Notes: generated from the letters alone by a model not told the origin. 64,000 nt of DNA from an uncultured bacterium (GCA_964482725.1 CAYZYT010000001.1:4632-68631); one strand, 5' to 3'. Shown: positions 19,001-28,869, counted from the stretch's first letter. Translations and numbers: made by a program.

Positions 19001-19185
19001 TTTTCGACATCTTGGGAAGGAAGTCCGCCGCGGGCACGCACCACGATCGAGATGATCCCCTGGCTCTGGCCCTGATAGAGTTCCACTTTTAAACGCATGA
19101 GGGAGATGATGCCGATCACGATCACCCCGGCAAAGAGGATGGCCGTAAAAACCGGACGTTTAAGCGCGAAACTGGGGAGTCCCAT
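16087..19185 (-). CDS. RND efflux permease (AcrB/HAE1 family), second of two tandem permeases.
   Basis: 1032 aa with the 12-TM, two-large-periplasmic-loop AcrB architecture. N-terminus MGLPSFALKRPVFTAILFAGVIVIGIISL. Confidence 0.9.
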   Translation of the reverse strand: MGLPSFALKRPVFTAILFAGVIVIGIISLMRLKVELYQGQSQGIISIVVRARGGLPSQDVEKMITKPIEEAIGTVSHMKGLYSSSREAESRVTMEFDPGTDMKFAALEVREKFARVKPLLPKEIEKPVIANYDDAQAAIMVFAVTSQNMSPEEIREMVDIKLKPVISRVDGVASVEVYGGRERKILVELDRDKMVAYNISIERVMDVLGQSNINLLAGNVETGKFEYAVRSMGSFLTVDEVGDIGVKATRQGSIIPLKEIGTIKDSYLEATDQARLNLEQNVTVYVKKSSMSNTLDVAKDLNQVLDSFEREHKENVKVVLVNDRAETIARAIDDVKGALYLGLVLTMGVIYVFIRNWVLAAIILVVIPCSLIATFIFMAALGISINVMTLSGLSLAIGILIDTAVVIMENIFSKKERGFGDAQAIREGSEEVWLPLLTSLLTMLVVFMPIIFIDKTVQLTYGGFAFTISISLIASFFSALMLIPMLIRQFGIAALNAHHKDTSSSFIDKAREKYVNAIRWCITWRWRVVPVVFGLCFLAIYMLARTPIDWPSSFEENEFAVVTFPLAGARLESNDQAMKKLEGILSKIPDITLFSTTVSKDDLRLFVRLKPARKRQFSKDEIMKLIDEQGNAAVKEIHSDYSLIVDEGAGSSEQKKLIVNIYGQDGDELEKLAKEFANKMSKVDGLANLVMTDLRKRPEYSLVVDKGKSAMYGLSVKTVADSMHAQVRGMRPTKFHELSKGEEIETITRLQAIYRQKLDDLGQVYIQTRESRQVLLSEIANFYPSTGPQSIDRRDKHRYVFVKGDVKRPIEKIAADVKKVLQDVKLPDDYYWRFGGGFEELLESKGQLAVALLITVFLVYMVMACLFENYLYPFLIMIKILLNFIGIWIALAITRKPLSTQVFIGMIMLAGYSVNAAILLVDHALHLPEDQSKKERFIQAGVDRLRPILMTAIAAILGFLPMAMSFGQASDLWSPLAVTIIGGLISSTILILFVLPALVMITDDIREIFRAFFSGASEKVRVLSVHKAVQSH

Positions 19186-19187
19186 GA

Positions 19188-22100
19188 TCAGGCCGGGGGA
19201 GGTGTTACGGAGCTTTCTTCAACGGTTTCTTCCTCGTAACCAAGAACCTTTTCCATGAACCGGTTCACGATGATGTAAAAGCACGGAAGTACGATCAGGG
19301 TCAGCACCGTAGAAGAAAAAAGACCTCCCATGGCGGTGATGGCAAGAGGCGACAGAAGTCCTCCGCCCTCCCCAAGACCCAGAGCGATCGGCAACATGCC
19401 CATAATGGTCGTGGTGGACGACATAAGAACAGGACGCGTTCTTGTGCGTACCGCCTCCCAGACGGCTTCGACCATCTCCTTACCTTCCGAGCGGAGCTGA
19501 TTAATATACTCCATCAACACGATCCCATTCCCCACGACCACGCCGCCCAAAAGCACAAGGCCTAAAAGAGAGATCACGTTAAAAGAGCTCCCGGTCACTT
19601 TAAGAGCAATGAGCGCTCCCCCGAAAGAAAGCGGCACGGTGACCATAATGATCAAGGGCTGCAGAAAAGACTCAAACTGGGCCGCCATGATCATATAGAC
19701 AAGCATGATGGCAAGCGCGAACGCGAAAATAACTCCTCCGAAATTCTCCTTGATCTCCTTGGCCTTACCGGAAAGGCGGACCTGGAAATCCTGAGGGATA
19801 TCGGTAGGGACCTTCAGCCCCGCAAGAAATTTTTGAACGTCCGCGAGCACATCCTTGTCCTGACGGGTCTTATCGATCTCCGCCGAAATGGTCACCGTAC
19901 GCTCCTGGTCCATGCGCTTGATCTCACTCGGTCCTTGACCTCGATTGATGGAAGCGATTTCCTTCAAAGGAACGTGAATATCCAAGACCTTCGAGTAAAG
20001 CAAGAGTGTCCCGAGATTCGAGATATTCTCCTTGTCCTTATCGCTTAACCTGACCCGAACATCGATCTCTCGGCCGGCCTCGCGATACTGTGTCGCCACC
20101 ACACCTTCAATGGCCGCTTTCGCGGTAAGGGAGATATCCATCGCCGAAACTCCGTAAAGAGCCGCGCGCTTTTTATTGATCTCGAGCTTCGTCTCTGGCG
20201 TTTTCTCGCCGCTATCATCCTGAATGTTGACGATCCCGGGGATCGCCCCGAGGCGCTCCTTGAGCCGCTTCACAAGTTCTTCCATAGCCATAAAATCATA
20301 CCCCTTCGCCTCGATCAAGATCGGTTTGATACTGCCGGCCCCGACCGAAAATTCGCTTTCCTGGAGTATAAACTCCACCTTGGCTTCATCTTTCTCAAAG
20401 TTCAGCGCTCCGATTTTCTTCTTAAGGGCAGCGACGATCTTGGCGGAAGGCTTTTTCCTTTTCTTATCGAGCGTCACAAGGATAAGCGACTGGGAGGGCC
20501 TCAGGGTCTCGATCTTGATCTCTCCGCGGCTCGTTTTTTCACTGCCGATCGCAACCGAAATATCCTGGACCGTCGGCTCCGAGCGCAGTACCTCTTCCAG
20601 CCGTTTGCAAACCTCGTCCGTGACATTGAGCCGGGTACCGAGAGGCATATCGACCTTCACGTAAAATTGCCCTTGATCCACCTTCGGCAAAACCTCGCGA
20701 TCGATCGTGGGCACTATCAAAAAAGTCGAAGCAAGCACCACGAACGCCGTAAGCAAAATACTGCCCATGAAACGGTTCTGTCCCGTTTTTGTGGGTATCG
20801 ACATGATCTGTTGGTCCAAGTCCCCCGTGAGACTCAGCGGCGTGTACTCCTGCTGTCTCACGGTCACATACGTGGAAAGCAACGCGATCAGCGTCAGCGG
20901 AACAAAAGTCGAGATGATCTGCGAAAAAATGATCGCCCAGGCGAGATCCTTAAAGATCTGGCCGGCAACTCCGGGAACAAAAACGATCAGAGGAAAGAAT
21001 ACGGCGATCGTCGTCAGGTTGGAGGACACGACAGGCCACACCACTTCCGAAGCTCCATCAATAGCGCCTTGTTCCGCATTGGCACCCTCCTGCCGTTTAC
21101 GGAAAATATTCTCCAGCACGACGATACTGGTGTCCGTGATCATCCCGATGGCGATCGCAAGCCCCCCCAAGGACATGATGTTCACCGTCACACCGGCCAT
21201 GGCCATCAAAAAAAACACACCCAAAATGGTCAGCGGAAGCGACACGACCACCAGGACCGACATCGCAATAGCGCGAAGGTAGATATAAAGCGTGATCAGG
21301 GCTAACACACCGCCCTGCATGGCCTGACTCGCCAGATTTTCGATCGTGCCACGGATAAAAATAGAATGGTCGTAAATGATCTTCACCTGAAGCCCGCGGG
21401 AATTCAGGTCTTCATCAAGAAATTTCAGCTCCTTGCGAAGCTTGTCTACGACCTGAATGGTGTTCGCGTTCGACTGTTTTTGAATGGCCACGGAAATATT
21501 CTGAGCCCCGTTATAACGGGAAATGCTGGTCTTATCCGCCAGCCCATCCACCACATTCCCGATATCCTTGACAGTCACGAGGCGCTTCTCGAGCATCTGT
21601 TTTTCAACCTCTCCCCGAAGTCTTTCAATCGTCTGGCGGGGCCCTTCGCTTGTGTCGCGCTCCACAAAACTCAGATCATCCCGGCGGAGTTTTTCCACAT
21701 TATCCACCCCCACCACCGCATATCCGATCTCGGCCACCGTGCGGAAATCTCCGACCGTCCGGATCAGATATTCATAGAGCCCTTTCTTGATACTCCCGGC
21801 CGGGTAGGAGACATTGGCTTCATCCAGGGAATTGACCACCTCCAACAGTGAAAGTTTGTTGGCCTGAAGACGCGGTTGATCGATCTCCACCAGGATCTCG
21901 CGATTTACACCCCCCGAAAGACTGACCGAAGCGACCCCTTCCACTTTCTCCAGGCGATCTTTGATCATTTTCTCGGTCAGGAGTTTCATGCGCACTGGAG
22001 GAAGATCCGGAGCGGTGACCGAAAGCAGAAGGATCGGACGGGAGAGAGGATCGAATTTCAGGACTACCGGATCTTCGGCTTCCTTGGGAAGTCTTTCCTT

Positions 22101-22445
22101 GATGAGATCGACTTTTTCGCGGATCGCCAGCGCCGCGAAATCAATATCCTGACCCCAGTTAAAGGAGGCCATGATGGTGCTGCGGCCTTCTCGCGAAACG
22201 GATTCAATGCGCTTCAAACCCGCCACAGACCCGATTGCTTCCTCCACGACACGTGTGATGAGCGTTTCGATCTCCTCGGGGGCAGCGTTCGAATAATCGG
22301 TGACCACTGTGACTTGAGGGAAAGTGATCGGCGGAAAAAGATCTTGCGGGAGACGCTTGAAAGAAAGAACGCCCAGGAGGATCAGCCCGAGCGTGAACAT
22401 GTAGATCGTGACTTTTTTCTTGATCGCGAATTCTGGGAGGCTCAT
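19188..22445 (-). CDS. RND efflux permease (AcrB/HAE1 family), first of two tandem permeases.
   Basis: 1085 aa. N-terminus MSLPEFAIKKKVTIYMFTLGLILLGVLSFKRLP is typical AcrB. Confidence 0.9.
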   Translation of the reverse strand: MSLPEFAIKKKVTIYMFTLGLILLGVLSFKRLPQDLFPPITFPQVTVVTDYSNAAPEEIETLITRVVEEAIGSVAGLKRIESVSREGRSTIMASFNWGQDIDFAALAIREKVDLIKERLPKEAEDPVVLKFDPLSRPILLLSVTAPDLPPVRMKLLTEKMIKDRLEKVEGVASVSLSGGVNREILVEIDQPRLQANKLSLLEVVNSLDEANVSYPAGSIKKGLYEYLIRTVGDFRTVAEIGYAVVGVDNVEKLRRDDLSFVERDTSEGPRQTIERLRGEVEKQMLEKRLVTVKDIGNVVDGLADKTSISRYNGAQNISVAIQKQSNANTIQVVDKLRKELKFLDEDLNSRGLQVKIIYDHSIFIRGTIENLASQAMQGGVLALITLYIYLRAIAMSVLVVVSLPLTILGVFFLMAMAGVTVNIMSLGGLAIAIGMITDTSIVVLENIFRKRQEGANAEQGAIDGASEVVWPVVSSNLTTIAVFFPLIVFVPGVAGQIFKDLAWAIIFSQIISTFVPLTLIALLSTYVTVRQQEYTPLSLTGDLDQQIMSIPTKTGQNRFMGSILLTAFVVLASTFLIVPTIDREVLPKVDQGQFYVKVDMPLGTRLNVTDEVCKRLEEVLRSEPTVQDISVAIGSEKTSRGEIKIETLRPSQSLILVTLDKKRKKPSAKIVAALKKKIGALNFEKDEAKVEFILQESEFSVGAGSIKPILIEAKGYDFMAMEELVKRLKERLGAIPGIVNIQDDSGEKTPETKLEINKKRAALYGVSAMDISLTAKAAIEGVVATQYREAGREIDVRVRLSDKDKENISNLGTLLLYSKVLDIHVPLKEIASINRGQGPSEIKRMDQERTVTISAEIDKTRQDKDVLADVQKFLAGLKVPTDIPQDFQVRLSGKAKEIKENFGGVIFAFALAIMLVYMIMAAQFESFLQPLIIMVTVPLSFGGALIALKVTGSSFNVISLLGLVLLGGVVVGNGIVLMEYINQLRSEGKEMVEAVWEAVRTRTRPVLMSSTTTIMGMLPIALGLGEGGGLLSPLAITAMGGLFSSTVLTLIVLPCFYIIVNRFMEKVLGYEEETVEESSVTPPPA

Positions 22446-22568
22446 AGTCTAGTCCCAACCAAGCCCTTCGTTAAAACAACGGTTGGGCCCGTACTGCGAA
22501 CCCTTAAATGGATGAATACCGCAGTGCTGGGAATCACTCTGCGGAGTTGACCTTTCGTCCGCATGGTC

Positions 22569-24014
22569 CTAAAGCTCGGCTTCTTGGGTTTCGATCAAAC
22601 GGACCTTCTTTCCATCCTCCAATCTCTCGAACCCGGTCATGGTGATGAGCTCTCCTTCCGTAAGGCCCGCGTCGATCTGAGAATAGTCGGTGCGGGTGTA
22701 ACCCACGGTCACAGGACGCTTCTCTACGGTCCCTTCCTCGATCTTTTCGGAACCTTTCTCGTTGGTCGCCTTGCCGGCTCCTTTTGAGCTCTTCTTTTCA
22801 GCCTTGTCCTGGCCTTGAGCCCCTGCACTTAACGCCGCGATAGCCCCCAGCCCTCCGCCCATAGCTCCAGCAACTTTGGGTTCTACGGTCTTGGAAGCAG
22901 CACCCTCGGGAAGTTGGATCACATAAACGAACTTCTCGCCTTCGCCACCTTGGATGGCATCCGTCGGGACCACAAGAGCATCCTTCTTACTATAGAGCAT
23001 GACGCGAACACGGGCGAACATCCCCGGCATCATAAAACCTTCCGGATTTTCAATGCGCACCTTAGCGGTCGAAGTCCGGCTTGTCCCCGAGATCTGCGGC
23101 GCAATATTTTCGATCACGCCCTCAAAGGTCTTATCCGGATAAGCGTCCACGAAAACCTTGGCCTTTTGCCCAAGCGTAATCTTCTGGACATCGCGCTCGA
23201 CGATCCCGAACTCGGCGTAAACATACTCCGTATTGATATGGGTCCCGATCAGCGTGCTCTGGCTGATATTTTCCCCTTCCTCAACATTCAGATCTCCCAA
23301 CATCCCGGAGGAGGGCGCATAAAGATTGGATTTCTCAAGCATGGCCTCGTTCGCCTTCATTTCAAGACGTTGAGCCTCGGCTTCGTATTTTGCGGCATCC
23401 ATTTCCAATTTCTTTTTTTCCACCGTCGACGGCGGGATCGCCCCCATCTTCAGGAGCTTTTCATTTTCCGCGACCTCGTTCTCCGTCACCTTGGCTTGAG
23501 ACTCTGCTTTATTGAAAGCCGCCTGAGCCCGCTTCAACCGCAAGAGGATGTCATCCTGTTTCATAGATACGAGCAAAGCACCTTCCTCGTAACGTTCCCC
23601 TTCTTTGTAATTGATCGAGCTGATCACGCCCGGGATCTCGAAACTGAGTTTCAGCTCCATCGCCCCCTTGATCGTCCCAAGCACATTCATGGAATCTTCA
23701 TAATTGAACCGGCCCACTTTGAATCCCTTGACCGCCACCGGCGCATCCTTGGCCGCCTGCTGTTGCTGCTTCATCGTTTCGCTCAAAGAAGGTTGCTTGG
23801 CTTTGAAAAGCCCCATCACCATCTTCCCCCCCAGGAAAAGCCCGAGCACGACCAGAGCGATGATGATCAGACGGACTTTATTCTGAAAAAGCCAAGAACT
23901 TCGCATCGCCTCCGGAACGGGAAGCGGCATTTTGACCGGCCCCTCGGAGGATGGGGATTTGATCCTGAATGAACTCTTTTCGTTTCCGGGATTCTCTTCG
24001 TCTTTCATGTCCAT
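22569..24014 (-). CDS. RND efflux membrane fusion protein (periplasmic adaptor, HlyD/AcrA family) with a low-complexity Gly/Ala/Lys linker.
   Basis: TM anchor, coiled-coil hairpin, lipoyl and beta-barrel regions recognisable. Confidence 0.85.
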   Translation of the reverse strand: MDMKDEENPGNEKSSFRIKSPSSEGPVKMPLPVPEAMRSSWLFQNKVRLIIIALVVLGLFLGGKMVMGLFKAKQPSLSETMKQQQQAAKDAPVAVKGFKVGRFNYEDSMNVLGTIKGAMELKLSFEIPGVISSINYKEGERYEEGALLVSMKQDDILLRLKRAQAAFNKAESQAKVTENEVAENEKLLKMGAIPPSTVEKKKLEMDAAKYEAEAQRLEMKANEAMLEKSNLYAPSSGMLGDLNVEEGENISQSTLIGTHINTEYVYAEFGIVERDVQKITLGQKAKVFVDAYPDKTFEGVIENIAPQISGTSRTSTAKVRIENPEGFMMPGMFARVRVMLYSKKDALVVPTDAIQGGEGEKFVYVIQLPEGAASKTVEPKVAGAMGGGLGAIAALSAGAQGQDKAEKKSSKGAGKATNEKGSEKIEEGTVEKRPVTVGYTRTDYSQIDAGLTEGELITMTGFERLEDGKKVRLIETQEAEL

Positions 24015-24071
24015 TTTAAGCTCCGCTTGAGATCCTGCTTTTCAAAAAAGGGCCTGCGATCGGGATCGATT

Positions 24072-26027
24072 TTATTTCTTTTGAGGATTTTCCATGCTTA
24101 AAAAATTCTGAATGCCCACAGCGTGATTGAGCGACGCCTTGGCGGAAAAATATTCCTTGAGCGCCTTATGGAGCTCCGCTTTTTCCCGCACGAGATCCGT
24201 TTCAGCCTGAAGATATTCTGAAAGCTCGATCTCTTTTTTGCTCAGCCGGTGTTCGGCAAAATCCCGCAGCCGCTTGCGGTATTCCAGGCGTTTGACCGTG
24301 GAATTCACCTGGATCATGGACTTTTGATAATCGTAGTAGGCCTGCTTAACATCCTGAAGCACTTGTTTCTCAGCCTTCTCGAGCTCCACAACCTGGTTGA
24401 GTTTATCGACCTCAGCCTGTTTCACATTCACAAAAGCATCCAGGCCGTCCAAAACCCCAAAGGTCAGACCGTTCTTTCGGAGGATGGATCCTGAGCCCTG
24501 ATTAAATTGTGTGATCGACGGAGCCTTGTAATCCCGGTCAAACGTATAATTCACCTTGTTGCCGCCAAGATTCCAGTTCATTTCAAGCATGAGCTGCCAT
24601 TCTTTTTTCAACACGGGTTCGTTTTTGGACCCAAGATAATCGCCACCGATCGTGTTCGGATCGAGGTAAGCTTCGCCCAAAGCCCCAAACTGATACGTCA
24701 GATTGGCCTTGGGTAAAAATTCGCCCCACCGGATGCGTTCCCCGAGTCGCGCGGCCTGAAGCTTCGCGGCCTCGACCTGAAGTTCCGGGCGATGCCCGTA
24801 GGAAAGATCGATCAATTTTGAAAGTTCCGGCGCCTTGCCTTCGCCCTTAAAAACATCGGGCAGGGACTTCGTCCCAGCCGCCCCCCCTGCGGGGATCGCC
24901 TGTCCTTCCACCACATCATCAAGGTTATAGATCTTGGCAAGCGTGAACTGATCGTTCACTGAAAGATCGAGGTATTTTTGAAGATCGAGCTTCGCGATCT
25001 CGAGTTCCTGATTCGCGGATTCAAGATCGAACTGCATCTGGCTGTAAAGCGACTGCACGTTCAAACGCTCGATCTCGGAAATGATCTTTTCGTTGAACTT
25101 CTCCTCTGACATTTCCGCAAAACGTTTCATTTTCTCTACCGCGGCGCGATTTTCCTCAGCCGTCTGCAAGGTCCGTTGGTACTCAAAATAAGCACGGGAA
25201 AGATCGTACACGAGTTCGGCAAGGGTCTTGTCGTACTGTTTTTTCGAAGCCTCCAGATTCGCTTTTTCCTGGAGGAGTGTATTCCAGAGGACCCCTCCGT
25301 TAAAAATGGGCTGGCGAAGCGTGACATGCCAATCTTCTCCCGTGAAAGGATTGCTGGTCAGAACGCCCTCGCGGACATTCATGTTAAACGACGCCTCGGG
25401 GAAGAGCTTCCGCAAAGCCAGGAGGACGCGCCGGTTGTAAAGGGCAATATTCTCATGCGCGGCCTTGGCCTGAGTATGGACGGACTGAGCGCGAACGATA
25501 AGATCCTGGAGATCTTTGGCCCCGCCGCTTAGGAATTCTTCTTTCTGCTGGATCTTCATCGGCGTAATGCTGGTCCGGATATAGACCCGGTCCAAATAAG
25601 GCATCTCTTTCGCGCGCTCATCCCGCATCGCCTCCACCTGCTGCTCCACAGCCTTTTCCAGGGCCTTCGTGCGGGCCTTATCTTCAGCCTTTTCGCGCTT
25701 ACTCTGCTTTTTTCCGTTACCGGCTTGAATCTCGATCTTCGCCTCAGGAGCGTCTTTACGTACGGCCACTGGCTCTTCGATCTTGGAAGCCCCCAATACA
25801 GACTGGCTCGGAACTGCGGGGATCGGAATGAAAACGGCCGCGGGAGCGATGGGGGCAAGCGGTTCATAACTCATGCCGGAGGTAGACAGGGCCCGGCTTT
25901 CAGAAGTTGTGGTCATGCCACCCGCCGGCACGGAACCCTCCGAGGCTTGCCCGTGAGAAGGAAACACACAGAGTCCGGCAGCAGCAAAAGACACTAAAAG
26001 AAAGGAAAATATTTTTTTCATAAACAT
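24072..26027 (-). CDS. Outer-membrane efflux protein (TolC/OEP family) with an extended low-complexity N-terminal region.
   Basis: Signal peptide. Two OEP repeats with coiled-coil segments. First gene of the OMF-MFP-RND-RND operon. Confidence 0.8.
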   Translation of the reverse strand: MFMKKIFSFLLVSFAAAGLCVFPSHGQASEGSVPAGGMTTTSESRALSTSGMSYEPLAPIAPAAVFIPIPAVPSQSVLGASKIEEPVAVRKDAPEAKIEIQAGNGKKQSKREKAEDKARTKALEKAVEQQVEAMRDERAKEMPYLDRVYIRTSITPMKIQQKEEFLSGGAKDLQDLIVRAQSVHTQAKAAHENIALYNRRVLLALRKLFPEASFNMNVREGVLTSNPFTGEDWHVTLRQPIFNGGVLWNTLLQEKANLEASKKQYDKTLAELVYDLSRAYFEYQRTLQTAEENRAAVEKMKRFAEMSEEKFNEKIISEIERLNVQSLYSQMQFDLESANQELEIAKLDLQKYLDLSVNDQFTLAKIYNLDDVVEGQAIPAGGAAGTKSLPDVFKGEGKAPELSKLIDLSYGHRPELQVEAAKLQAARLGERIRWGEFLPKANLTYQFGALGEAYLDPNTIGGDYLGSKNEPVLKKEWQLMLEMNWNLGGNKVNYTFDRDYKAPSITQFNQGSGSILRKNGLTFGVLDGLDAFVNVKQAEVDKLNQVVELEKAEKQVLQDVKQAYYDYQKSMIQVNSTVKRLEYRKRLRDFAEHRLSKKEIELSEYLQAETDLVREKAELHKALKEYFSAKASLNHAVGIQNFLSMENPQKK

Positions 26028-26306
26028 TGTATTGGCGGCATTTTACCACGGTTCAGGACAGAATCGAAAGCTCTTCTTTTATCGGCAAAGAGGCGTTTTA
26101 GTTAATGCAAAAGATCGATTTCTGGGAATTGCATTTTTCCAAAGATTAACCCGTAAAATTTCTTGAAACCCTTCAGCACCGTTCGTTTTTCCCCGGCGTG
26201 GAAAAACTCGCTCGCGCCGTCGGTCTCGCTCGACGGCCCATCCTGCCCGCTTGCCCTCCGGAGCGTGCTTCAGACTCTCATGAAATTCTACCCCAGGCCA
26301 TTATTC

Positions 26307-26966
26307 TTAGGACTTCGGATGAAGAGGCTCTTGTCTCCTGAAGGCACCCTTTGTCTTCAAACAGGACGGCACCGCAACCAAAAGCAGCGTGGAATTGCGC
26401 TGGAGAGCATTCGCCAGACGGAACCGCATCCCTCCATAAAAATACAGGTTGTCGCCTTCTTTGAGGATCACGCTGCGCCCTTCCACCTCACCCTCGAACT
26501 GGCCGATCAGCGTCATGATAAAAAAAGAACCGGTTCCGTCCCCACCCAATAGTTTCTCATCAAAATACTTTTGTCCTTCAAGGATCATCTTCCCGCAAAA
26601 AAGATCCTCCATAAGCGGCGTGAAAGAGATCAGCTGAATGCCTTGGGACGGAAGATCGATCTTGCAGAGCCCTTTTTGGGAACCCAGAGAGAAATAGTCG
26701 CGCTGGTCGAATTCGGCCCTACGGAAAAGATCGCTCACGCTCATGCCGAACCCTTTCGCGAGGGCTTCGAGCGTGACCATCGAAGGGTTCCGGATCCTTC
26801 CCTTTTCAAGCGCCACGAGCGTCTTGGGATCGATCCCCTTGCCACGCCGGCAAAGCTCCGCACCGCTCATGCCTTTGTCTGTACGCAACCGCCTCACGAT
26901 CTGGCCTATATCAAGAGGCCGATCGGTTTTTACTTTTTCCACCTTGTCTTTCCTAGGTCTCGGCAT
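26307..26966 (-). CDS. XRE-family HTH regulator with a C-terminal cupin sensor domain.
   Basis: N-terminal HTH (MSGAELCRRGKGIDPKTLVALEKG) and C-terminal cupin-like strands. Immediately upstream of the efflux operon. Confidence 0.7.
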   Translation of the reverse strand: MPRPRKDKVEKVKTDRPLDIGQIVRRLRTDKGMSGAELCRRGKGIDPKTLVALEKGRIRNPSMVTLEALAKGFGMSVSDLFRRAEFDQRDYFSLGSQKGLCKIDLPSQGIQLISFTPLMEDLFCGKMILEGQKYFDEKLLGGDGTGSFFIMTLIGQFEGEVEGRSVILKEGDNLYFYGGMRFRLANALQRNSTLLLVAVPSCLKTKGAFRRQEPLHPKS

Positions 26967-28869
26967 TCCAGAGCTCCTCCCTTTTTTCCAAAATCACTTT
27001 CCCAAGGACAAAACGCTGATATTTTTCTTCATTGCGAAAGAACCAGACAAGTTTTCCTTCTCCACCCTTTCGATCGACATCATGCACGGCCGGGCTCAGC
27101 CGGATCTCCTGACCGGGCTCCGGCGTCACTCCCAAAAAATCCCAGCGGATAGCGCCTTCAACAATGTAGCCTTTGTCATCCGTGTAGCCCTTCGCCAGGA
27201 CCTTCCTTTTTTCCAGAGGGTCCTCCCCGCCCTGGAACCAGGACCAAACGGCCAGCTCCTGCTCTTCAAACCCCGGTCTGAAACCCAGTTGGTAATCCCC
27301 GAGATTGTTCCAAAAAAGTCCATCTCCCTCCGGGTCGACATAAATCTCAAAAAGATCGTCACGCCAGATAGACTTCCCCGTCCTTTTGGCCACCCCATCG
27401 TCATCCGTCACCTTCGCCACAAAATAAAGATAATCGCTATCCCACGCGAAACGGACCTCCGCCCCAAGATCTTCTGGCCCTTCAAAATCTCCGGAATCTT
27501 TATGCTCTTTCGAGTTCATGACGATCGCCGTGCCCGGAGGCCAATCTTTGAGGAATCCATCCACGCGAAGGCCTCGGGAAACATACGGCGCTCGATACAC
27601 GGGAGGCTCCGGCCAAGGAAGAGGGAAAAGCCCTTTCCGAAAACCTATTTTCCCGAGGGCGGCCTGGATCGGCGCGCTCTGGGACATGAACTTCCATATC
27701 AATCCGGTCCGGTAATTCTCGATCATCAGAAGAAGCGGCCCTTGGTCGATCGCCAGAACTTTGTCGCTGAACCAACCCTTGCCGACGTTCATGGCATCGG
27801 AAAAACCATAAGGACCCCACATCGCGTCGCTGTAATAGGTCCGAATATTTTCAAGGCAAGCGATAGATTCTTCCGGCGTAAACACGATCGAACTCCCGCA
27901 GGCCGTGGGCGCAACCGTCCCGTCATGCAAGACGGTCCAACCCGGAGGCGCACCGTACGCGCGATACCCGGAGGGACCGTCGGAGGCGGAAAGTCCCCAG
28001 AGATTCGGCCCGTAGCCCGCGAATTTCGAGGCCTGATCGATACAAAAAGCGCGGTTCGCATGCGTGGCGTTCACGGAATTCTGAAAATAATCCGCGAGAC
28101 CGTCGTTTTGCCCCCGAAGATCCAGCCAAACATGCGGGTATTGATGCGTAAAAAGCGGCGGCAGCTGGATCAAGCGATAGCCGCGATAACTCCCCACCGG
28201 CCGAACGATCTCGCGCCAGGTCTCTGCGGGGACCGGGTGGGTCGGCGAACCGATCGCAAGAACATAAAGCAGCAATCCTTCGGAAAAAACGTCCCACCGG
28301 TTCCGTTGAAAACCTGTTTCCGGCGACCAGGCCATGGCAAACGTTTTCCCTTTATTGAGCATCCACGGGAAATCGACACGCTCATAGATCTTTTGGACCA
28401 GGTCCCGGATCTTCGGATCGTCGTAATACTCCGCCGCGAAAAGCGCCCCGGCCAGAAAAAGTGCCGTGTCGATTGGCGAAAGCTCGCTCCGGTTCACTCT
28501 TTCGCCTGTCTCGAAATTCAAAAAATGGTAGAAGAACCCTTTGTGCTGCTCGGCATCCCGGAGAAAAAACTCCAGGGTCCGCACGGTAAGCTCTTGAGCC
28601 ACGGGGCGGCTCATCCATCCCCGTTCCACCGCCACCGGATAAACCGTGAGCGCGAATCCCACTCCCGCAATGCTCGCCGGAGCATTGCTCGTGACCCCGG
28701 GCCGGTTCGGCGCACTGTCCCGGACAAGCCCGTTGTGAGGATTATGTTGCTCTTCGAAATAGCGGAATGCTTTTTCCTGAACTTCCTCGAGAAACGTGTC
28801 GTGGGAAGCTGAAGGTTCTTCGGCAGCAAGCGGAAAGCTAAAGATAAGAGTACATAGTACATAGTACAT
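26953..28869 (-). CDS. Secreted glycoside hydrolase with a GH144/glucoamylase-like (alpha/alpha)6 domain plus a C-terminal CBM9-like domain.
   Basis: Glycoamylase-like blocks (WGLSASDGP, DQGPLLLMIENYRTG). C-terminal FAWDSDYLYFVAKVTDDD-type CBM9 pattern. Start placed at MYYVLCTL (28869), encoded by the tandem tacatag repeats. Confidence 0.55.
   Translation of the reverse strand: MYYVLCTLIFSFPLAAEEPSASHDTFLEEVQEKAFRYFEEQHNPHNGLVRDSAPNRPGVTSNAPASIAGVGFALTVYPVAVERGWMSRPVAQELTVRTLEFFLRDAEQHKGFFYHFLNFETGERVNRSELSPIDTALFLAGALFAAEYYDDPKIRDLVQKIYERVDFPWMLNKGKTFAMAWSPETGFQRNRWDVFSEGLLLYVLAIGSPTHPVPAETWREIVRPVGSYRGYRLIQLPPLFTHQYPHVWLDLRGQNDGLADYFQNSVNATHANRAFCIDQASKFAGYGPNLWGLSASDGPSGYRAYGAPPGWTVLHDGTVAPTACGSSIVFTPEESIACLENIRTYYSDAMWGPYGFSDAMNVGKGWFSDKVLAIDQGPLLLMIENYRTGLIWKFMSQSAPIQAALGKIGFRKGLFPLPWPEPPVYRAPYVSRGLRVDGFLKDWPPGTAIVMNSKEHKDSGDFEGPEDLGAEVRFAWDSDYLYFVAKVTDDDGVAKRTGKSIWRDDLFEIYVDPEGDGLFWNNLGDYQLGFRPGFEEQELAVWSWFQGGEDPLEKRKVLAKGYTDDKGYIVEGAIRWDFLGVTPEPGQEIRLSPAVHDVDRKGGEGKLVWFFRNEEKYQRFVLGKVILEKREELWNAET

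Noticed and set aside
2032-28812. Many long plus-strand ORFs in the six-frame track (e.g. 2032-2622, 3544-4587, 5763-6590, 7731-8921, 11440-12381, 13616-14386, 17689-19092, 20667-21305, 22914-23972, 26743-28812) with Arg/His/Asp-rich, low-complexity translations.
   Set aside because: All lie antisense to minus-strand genes with clear domain signatures. High-GC DNA generates long spurious antisense ORFs. None has recognisable motifs or plausible starts.
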